From contig CAJXFH010000001.1 of the NCBI GenBank assembly GCA_913052565.1, positions 15,772 to 79,771 on the forward strand: a stretch of DNA of 64,000 nt, written 5' to 3'. The notes under the pieces are model-generated. The model worked only from the letters and a program-made list of their open reading frames with translations. It did no database searches and was not told where the DNA came from. The position numbers and the translations under genes are program-made. Each line of letters starts with the position of its first letter. Within the stretch, counting starts at the first letter, position 1. Of this stretch, positions 57,906 to 64,000 are shown piece after piece. Source of the DNA: an uncultured Gammaproteobacteria bacterium. GTDB lineage: Bacteria; Pseudomonadota; Gammaproteobacteria; Magnimaribacterales; TMED112.

Positions 57906-60308
57906 TTAGAACTTATTACCTACAGTAAATTCAAATCTCTTTGTTCGGTCAAGAGGATCATTATTAAATGGAACAGCAAAGTAAACACTTATAGGGCCAA
58001 ATGGTGTAATTGCTGATCCTCCTAAACCATATGAACCCCTTAGTTCCTCAAAACTTGGTGTAAAACACTGAACTTGATAGTTATAACAGAAGGTTGAGAA
58101 AGCGTTACCTAAGTCTATGAAAAATGCTGTTCTGAACTGACTCTGATCTTCAATAAACGGAACTTTGAAAATTAAATTAAGACTAGTTTCCAACAATACG
58201 TTACCTCCAATTGGACGGTTAATACCATATGTTGCAAATTGATTGTAATAAGGTGAATCTGGCTCACCATCAAAATTATTATCTATAAGGGGTGGGCAGT
58301 AGTCCTCTGCTGAAACATAACCGTAACATGGCACAGGAGTAATTCTGGGGCCAAGACTGTTGGATTCATAACCCTTAATGGAGTAAGGTCCTCCAGCGTA
58401 GAAATTCTCAAAATATGGTGGCACTTCACTATCACCAAAAGCATCAACATAACCTATTCTCGAAGCAGCCTTAAATACGAAATCTCCTGTAATTGGTTTA
58501 TAAAACTCATTTCTATAATCGATTCTAAAATAGTTCAGAGTTGAACCAGGAACAGTTGTTTGAACTGAGATCTGATTTAACGAACCGTCTGTAGGAAAGA
58601 TACCTCTGTTAAGTGTTGCCCTTGTGAAGTAAGCCTGAAGTTTAAGGGTATCAAACACATCACCTTCAGATTCGAGGAAGTCCACAATTTCACGTGAAGC
58701 TAAAGAACCTGAAGAAAGCTCGGTATGATCAGCGGCTATATTAAATCCAATTCTTTGAATTTCAGATATAGGGAAACCATAACTTATAGAAGCCCCATAA
58801 CTTGCAGTGTTATAGTCTGTCACACCAAATGCTGAGTAATCAAATTCTCTAAAGTTAACAGTGAAACCTCTGCTTGCTCCATCTACTGTGTAATAAGGAT
58901 TTTCATATTGGACAAAGATATTCGTTGAATAGTCACTCACATTTGTTCCAATACCCACTGTATTTCCACTACCCAAGAAATTTTGTTGTTGAACATTAAA
59001 GTTAAATGAAAAACCAAATTGAGAATAACCAAAACCAGCTATCACGTTTCCATATTGTTGTTCTTCAACATCAAAAATAACATCAACGAGATCTTCCTCT
59101 CCCGCAACTGGAATTGTTTCAACATTGACTGTCTTAAAAAAACCAGTTCTTTCTAGAAGTAGTTTTGATTGTTCAATTAATTGATTTGACGCTGGAGCAC
59201 CCTCAAACTGCCTCATTTCTCTTCTGAGAACTTCATCAGTTGTAAAGTAATTTCCATTGAAAATAATTCTTCTTGTATAGTTTTTTCTGCCAGGATTGAA
59301 TACAAAAGTTATATCAGCCGAATTATCGTCTTCATCAATAGTTGGAACTCCTTCTACTTCAGCAAACGTATAACCATCATTTCCCAGCGCGTTTGCATAA
59401 AATTCCTCATAACTTGTAATGAGTGATTCTGAATAATAAGCATCTTCTGGAATGTTTATAAAACTTTCTAAAAATTCTCGATCTAGAGGTAATTCTCCAG
59501 ATATTTTAATGTCATTTAGCTTGTATCTTTTTCCTTCTTCAAGAACAAGAGTAATAAAAAGTTCCTGTAAATCGTCGCTAATTGAAACTTGGGAAGATGA
59601 AACTGCAAATTGGAGATAGCCTCTATCTTTGTAAAATGATTCTAAGTTTTCTAAATCCGTTCTTAGTTTCTCTTTTGTATATCTATTATCATTTGTAAAG
59701 AAAGAAATTATTGACCCTTCTGATAATTCAAAAACACGCTTAACCTCGGTATCAGTAAATGCATCATTACCGATGATCTCAATTGCTGAAATAGCCGTAG
59801 ATGTTCCTTCGTCAACGTCTATGTCTACTTCAACTCTGTTTCTGGGTCTATCTTTTTGTTTAACATCAACTGTTGCTCCATACCTGCCTTGTTGAGAGTA
59901 TTGTGCTTGCAATCCTCTTGTAATTAGATCTAATGTCGCTCTCTTAAGAACAGATCCCTCTGAAACACCCTCACTGCCCAAAGCAGCAAGCAGGTCTTCT
60001 GTTTTAATTGCTGAATTTCCGTCTATATAAATGTTTGATATTGTTGGCCTCTCTTGAACTTTAATAAATAAAATATTCCCCTCAGCTCTTAATTGAATAT
60101 CATCAAATTGACCAGTTGAAAAAAGAGTTCTAATAACTCTTTGATAATCCCTTTTATCAACTCTGTCTCCTATGGTTATTGGAACTGTATCTAATACACT
60201 CCCGAGGGAAACTCTTTGCAGGCCCTCGATTCTAATATCTTCGACTAGCATCTCAGATGATGCTGTCATGCTAAAGATTAAAAAAAATGTCGCTAAAAGT
60301 TTTTTCAA
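57906..60308 (-). CDS. bamA: outer-membrane protein assembly factor BamA
   Basis: It has a signal peptide, POTRA repeats (IRIEGLQRVS...) and a C-terminal beta-barrel ending in F. Confidence 0.96.
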   Translation of the reverse strand: MKKLLATFFLIFSMTASSEMLVEDIRIEGLQRVSLGSVLDTVPITIGDRVDKRDYQRVIRTLFSTGQFDDIQLRAEGNILFIKVQERPTISNIYIDGNSAIKTEDLLAALGSEGVSEGSVLKRATLDLITRGLQAQYSQQGRYGATVDVKQKDRPRNRVEVDIDVDEGTSTAISAIEIIGNDAFTDTEVKRVFELSEGSIISFFTNDNRYTKEKLRTDLENLESFYKDRGYLQFAVSSSQVSISDDLQELFITLVLEEGKRYKLNDIKISGELPLDREFLESFINIPEDAYYSESLITSYEEFYANALGNDGYTFAEVEGVPTIDEDDNSADITFVFNPGRKNYTRRIIFNGNYFTTDEVLRREMRQFEGAPASNQLIEQSKLLLERTGFFKTVNVETIPVAGEEDLVDVIFDVEEQQYGNVIAGFGYSQFGFSFNFNVQQQNFLGSGNTVGIGTNVSDYSTNIFVQYENPYYTVDGASRGFTVNFREFDYSAFGVTDYNTASYGASISYGFPISEIQRIGFNIAADHTELSSGSLASREIVDFLESEGDVFDTLKLQAYFTRATLNRGIFPTDGSLNQISVQTTVPGSTLNYFRIDYRNEFYKPITGDFVFKAASRIGYVDAFGDSEVPPYFENFYAGGPYSIKGYESNSLGPRITPVPCYGYVSAEDYCPPLIDNNFDGEPDSPYYNQFATYGINRPIGGNVLLETSLNLIFKVPFIEDQSQFRTAFFIDLGNAFSTFCYNYQVQCFTPSFEELRGSYGLGGSAITPFGPISVYFAVPFNNDPLDRTKRFEFTVGNKF

Positions 60309-61588
60309 ATTATTCTCGCTATATCATTCACCATTACAAATACAAATAAAGTTAACACTAATAAGAAACTTAGATTCATTAATGTCGCTTTTAGTTTCAA
60401 ACTTAATGGTGATCCTTTCACTTTTTCGACTAAAATAATCAAAAATTGACCCCCATCCAACATTGGTAATGGTAAGAGATTAAACGCTCCAAGACTAATA
60501 CTCAATATCCCAAGCAATAAAAGAAAGGGAATTGCTCCTGATAGCAAGGAATCACCTGCAACTTTCGCTATTCCAACAGGTCCACTGAGGTTTTCGAAAC
60601 CCATAGTTCCATTTAAAGTTTTATACAAAAATTTAAATGTATTCACTATCCAAAATCGAGTTTGATCATATCCAAAGCCAAGAGACGTTGCAAGATCGTT
60701 TGATTCAGGGGCTAAACTTAAACCAAAAGATTCATTCTCTGTCTTTGAAGGCAAAGTAAAAAAAAGTTTTTTATCGTCTCTATATACTTCTAACGAAATT
60801 TGCTCTCCAAAAACATTGAGAAGACTTGTTGCCTGATACATAGAAATTACAGGCTGATTGTTTATTGATGAAATAATATCTCCTGATTTAAGTCCAATAA
60901 GTTCAGCCGGACTATTATCTGCAACTAGACCTATACGTGGCTCAAAATCAGCAAAGGGAACTATGTCAAAATATTCAGCTGGTGCTTGGCCTTCTGAGAA
61001 CTTTAAATCTTCTACAGACCTTATGTAATTAATACTTTTCTGGTTTGCATAATCATAGAGCTCAAAATCAATATCTCCGGAGTAACCAGTTAAATCAAGA
61101 AGATTTATTTGTAGACTTTGAACATTTGTTACTTTTGTATCATTAATTGCTTCCACTCGATAGAAGCTTTCAGTGCTTAAGTCTTTAATTTGTGCTGAAA
61201 CCATATCCGACTGCTTTGGTATGAATAAACCAACTAAAGAAAACACAAAAAAAGCCAAAATGAAGTTATAAATTGGCCCTGCCAGCACAACTAATGACCT
61301 TTCAAGTGCTGGTCTATTTGCTAATACATACTTTTTATCTTGATCTGAAAGTTTATTGTAGTTTGTTGTATCTGCAGGATCATGGAATGCTACATATCCA
61401 CCAAAGGGAATAGCAGAAATAGAGAATCTTATTCCATCTTCATTTTTCCATTTTATTAAATCTGGGCCAAATCCAACGCTGAACTTAATGATTTTAACTT
61501 TGAAATATCGAGCTACAGAATAGTGTCCATATTCATGAAATGTTACTAGGATTAGGAATAAAGAAATTGCTCCAATTAGGGTATACAT
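60305..61588 (-). CDS. rseP: site-2 zinc metalloprotease RseP
   Basis: It has HEYGHY (HExxH), PDZ regions and NLLPLPMLDGG. Confidence 0.93.
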   Translation of the reverse strand: MYTLIGAISLFLILVTFHEYGHYSVARYFKVKIIKFSVGFGPDLIKWKNEDGIRFSISAIPFGGYVAFHDPADTTNYNKLSDQDKKYVLANRPALERSLVVLAGPIYNFILAFFVFSLVGLFIPKQSDMVSAQIKDLSTESFYRVEAINDTKVTNVQSLQINLLDLTGYSGDIDFELYDYANQKSINYIRSVEDLKFSEGQAPAEYFDIVPFADFEPRIGLVADNSPAELIGLKSGDIISSINNQPVISMYQATSLLNVFGEQISLEVYRDDKKLFFTLPSKTENESFGLSLAPESNDLATSLGFGYDQTRFWIVNTFKFLYKTLNGTMGFENLSGPVGIAKVAGDSLLSGAIPFLLLLGILSISLGAFNLLPLPMLDGGQFLIILVEKVKGSPLSLKLKATLMNLSFLLVLTLFVFVMVNDIARII

Positions 61589-61589
61589 T

Positions 61590-62735
61590 CTATCTGCTTC
61601 TTATAAATTCAATTATCTCATTTCTATTATGATTTAACTCTTCAATCGAGGATAAATCTCGTTTCTGTATCTCATAATAATTGTTGATAATTAATTTTAA
61701 GATATCTCCAAATTTAATCTTCTCACTCAAAAATTGATTTACCGCATACTCATTGAGTGTTGCAAAAATAAGGCCTCTGTTATCGTCATGAGACATTACA
61801 TCTCGGGCAATCTCCAATATTTTTTCTCTATCTGCAGGGAATTCTTCAATGGTTAAGTCATAATTCCTATCAAACATGTTAAGGGAAAATTTATCTCTAA
61901 CTTGTTTTGAATGCTTGCCCAATAAACCATAAGCTAAAGGGATTAACATGCTTGGTTTTGAAAGTTGTGCTTCAACGGAACCGTCATTAAGCTCAACCAT
62001 ACTATGAATGATACTTTGTCTTTGAATAACTATATCCAATCGATCAGGATCTAAATCAAATAAATATTTTGCTTCAATCAGTTCAAAGCATTTATTAACA
62101 AGTGTTGCTGAATCAATCGAAATCTTTGCTCCCATGCTCCAGTTTGGATGATTAAGAGCTTCTTGTGGAGTTTTATTGTTTATTTCATTTATATCCATTC
62201 CTACAAATGGGCCTCCAGATGCTGTAATAAAAATTTTAGAAATATCGTTTTTATCAATATGTTTTAAGGAACTAAATAATGAAAAATGCTCAGAATCTAT
62301 TGGTATTAAGTCTGTATTATTTTTCTGACATTCTTCAATAATTTTCTTACCAAAAACTACAAGTGCTTCTTTGTTTGCTAGAAGCAATTTTTTACCAGAA
62401 GCGGCTGCATCTAAAGTTAAGTCAAGACAGTCATAAGAACTTATAGCTGATAAATATATATCGCTTTTATTCTCTGCCATATATTTTCTCAAACTTGAGA
62501 TATTTTCGAAAAAATTAATCTGGTCAGCACACTGATTAATTAAAGCTTCTCGTATACTCTCATCAGCCACAAAAACATTTTTAGGCATATGCTTCTTTAT
62601 TAACTCCAAAGCTTTTTCGGAATTAGACTTACAAACAAAAATATCAACTTCAAATTGATCAGGAAATTCTGCAACAAGATTTAAAGCTTGTGTTCCGATG
62701 GAGCCTGTAAAACCAAATATAGAAAGTGATTTCAT
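61590..62735 (-). CDS. dxr: 1-deoxy-D-xylulose-5-phosphate reductoisomerase
   Basis: It has IFGFTGSIGTQAL, LANKEALV and NHPNWSMG. Confidence 0.96.
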   Translation of the reverse strand: MKSLSIFGFTGSIGTQALNLVAEFPDQFEVDIFVCKSNSEKALELIKKHMPKNVFVADESIREALINQCADQINFFENISSLRKYMAENKSDIYLSAISSYDCLDLTLDAAASGKKLLLANKEALVVFGKKIIEECQKNNTDLIPIDSEHFSLFSSLKHIDKNDISKIFITASGGPFVGMDINEINNKTPQEALNHPNWSMGAKISIDSATLVNKCFELIEAKYLFDLDPDRLDIVIQRQSIIHSMVELNDGSVEAQLSKPSMLIPLAYGLLGKHSKQVRDKFSLNMFDRNYDLTIEEFPADREKILEIARDVMSHDDNRGLIFATLNEYAVNQFLSEKIKFGDILKLIINNYYEIQKRDLSSIEELNHNRNEIIEFIRSR

Positions 62736-63403
62736 TGTCCAAATCTCCTTTGCCTTTTCCTGAATTCTTGGATTATTTCAAGCAAATCTTTTGATTCAAA
62801 TTCTGGCCAAAGCTTTTCAGTAAAAAAAAGCTCTGAATAACCAATATTTGCCAGAAGAAAGTTACTCAAACGCATATCTCCACCAGTTCGAATAAAGATG
62901 TCTATTTCTTCAGTTCCTAATTGTGTAAATTCTAGAAAGTTATCTTCATTGAGGTCTTCATTTTTTATTTTTGCGTCTTTTACAGCATTTACAATATCCC
63001 AAATTGCCCCATAGTTAAGAGCGACAACAAGTTCAAAGTCATTAAGATTTTTTGTTTCATTGATGCATTTACTGATTCCTTCTTTTGCATGTTCGGGCAT
63101 GCTATCAATATCACCAATAAAGCTCAATTTAATACCATTCGCTTTTATTTCATCTAGTTTCACATCAACACCGAAATTAATTAGGTTCATTAGCGCATTA
63201 ACTTCAAAGCTTTCACGGTTCCAATTCTCTGTTGAGAAAGCATAGACAATAAGTTTTCTTACTTTTTCAGACTTAGCAGTTTTGACTATTTCGATAAGTG
63301 TTTCGATACCTTTTCTATGGCCAGATGCTGAAGGAAGGTTATTTTTTTTTGCCCATCTTCTGTTTCCATCCATAATGATGGCAACTGTGCTTGGGCTAGA
63401 CAT
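62732..63403 (-). CDS. uppS: undecaprenyl-diphosphate synthase
   Basis: It has VAIIMDGNRRWA and FSTENWNR...RTGG. Confidence 0.95.
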   Translation of the reverse strand: MSSPSTVAIIMDGNRRWAKKNNLPSASGHRKGIETLIEIVKTAKSEKVRKLIVYAFSTENWNRESFEVNALMNLINFGVDVKLDEIKANGIKLSFIGDIDSMPEHAKEGISKCINETKNLNDFELVVALNYGAIWDIVNAVKDAKIKNEDLNEDNFLEFTQLGTEEIDIFIRTGGDMRLSNFLLANIGYSELFFTEKLWPEFESKDLLEIIQEFRKRQRRFGQ

Positions 63404-63966
63404 TAGATTGTTAAAAGATCCTTCTCTTTTGCTGCTAGAGAACTATCAATTTGGTTTATAAAATTTGTAGTTATATCTTGGATATCTTTTTCAGAGTCAG
63501 AAATATCATCTTTAGTAAGCTCTCCATCTTTTTCTAAATTCTTCATGCTTGTTAATGCGTCCCTTCTAATATTTCTAACTGCAATTCTGCCATTTTCAGC
63601 TTCTGCTTTTGCTTTTTTTGTTAAGTCAACACGTGATTCTTCTGTTAGGGGTGGCATAATAATTCTAATCACGTCTCCAGTCACTGTAGGATTGATACCT
63701 AAATCTGATTTTTGTATAGCTCTATCTATTTCTTGAACAAGGCCTTTATCCCAAGGAGACAAACTCAAAGTTTTTGAGTCCTCAACAGTAATTGAACAAC
63801 ACTGATTTAAAGGAGTCATTGTCCCATAATAATCAACTTGTATGCCGTCAAGCATTGCAGGATTAGCTCTGCCTGTCCTAATTTTTTTAAGACTGTCAGC
63901 AAAACTATTGAGTGAAGATTGCATTCGTTCTGAACAAGAATCTAAAATTTGCTGATATTTATCCAT
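63403..63966 (-). CDS. frr: ribosome recycling factor
   Basis: It is 187 aa and aligns full-length with RRF (LKKIRTGRANPAMLD). Confidence 0.97.
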   Translation of the reverse strand: MDKYQQILDSCSERMQSSLNSFADSLKKIRTGRANPAMLDGIQVDYYGTMTPLNQCCSITVEDSKTLSLSPWDKGLVQEIDRAIQKSDLGINPTVTGDVIRIIMPPLTEESRVDLTKKAKAEAENGRIAVRNIRRDALTSMKNLEKDGELTKDDISDSEKDIQDITTNFINQIDSSLAAKEKDLLTI

Positions 63967-64000
63967 TTGAAATTAATGTGCCTATCTCTTCACCCTTTAC
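63959..64000 (-). CDS. pyrH: probable 3' end of UMP kinase (13 codons plus stop; the rest lies outside the window)
   Basis: My minus-strand translation gives ...VKGEEIGTLISNG*, and the stop overlaps the frr start by 8 nt. A GE-x-GT-x-I C-terminus and the pyrH-frr synteny fit UMP kinase. The fragment is very short. Confidence 0.45.
   Translation of the reverse strand, partial: VKGEEIGTLISNG

Overview
This window is a visibly AT-rich, extremely gene-dense stretch of a gammaproteobacterial-type chromosome. I did not compute GC%. There is almost no intergenic DNA, and many genes overlap by 1-35 nt. I can support 66 protein-coding genes (two run off the window edges, one is doubtful) and 4 tRNAs (Gln-UUG, Met-CAU, initiator fMet, Leu-GAG). 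Almost everything is housekeeping and sits in blocks whose order I recognise from memory of Pseudomonas/E. coli-type genomes. The blocks are: prmC-prfA-hemA divergent from lolB-ispE-tRNAGln-prs-rplY-pth-ychF; tRNAfMet-rimP-nusA-infB-rbfA-truB-rpsO-pnp; carA-carB-greA-rlmE-ftsH-glmM-tpiA-secG; map-dapD-dapE; lptG-lptF divergent from pepA-holC-valS; and pyrH-frr-uppS-dxr-rseP-bamA-skp-lpxD-fabZ-lpxA-lpxB-rnhB-dnaE-accA-tilS. I saw no rRNA, CRISPR array, transposase/integrase, prophage, toxin-antitoxin or recognisable defence system, and I do not claim a self-contained novel multi-gene system. The least explained parts are listed here. (1) A tRNA-proximal cluster of three small membrane proteins (9687-10586) includes a tandem pair of paralogous 76-77-aa proteins split by a perfect GC-rich hairpin. 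(2) A lipoprotein (34918-36519) has seven FG-GAP/Ca-loop-like blades. (3) A cytoplasmic GH84 (O-GlcNAcase-type) domain is coupled to an acyl-CoA synthetase. (4) An elaA-type GNAT overlaps a Cas4-like four-Cys PD-(D/E)XK nuclease. (5) The ValRS ends about 200 aa early and has no C-terminal coiled-coil. (6) Several architectural oddities follow from compaction: protein genes start 6-11 nt after tRNA 3' ends, the hemA and lolB start codons overlap head to head, leuU is inverted, there is no pnp leader, and cdsA and folP are missing from their conserved slots. All family calls rest on motifs and synteny that I recognise by eye. No database search or folding computation was run.
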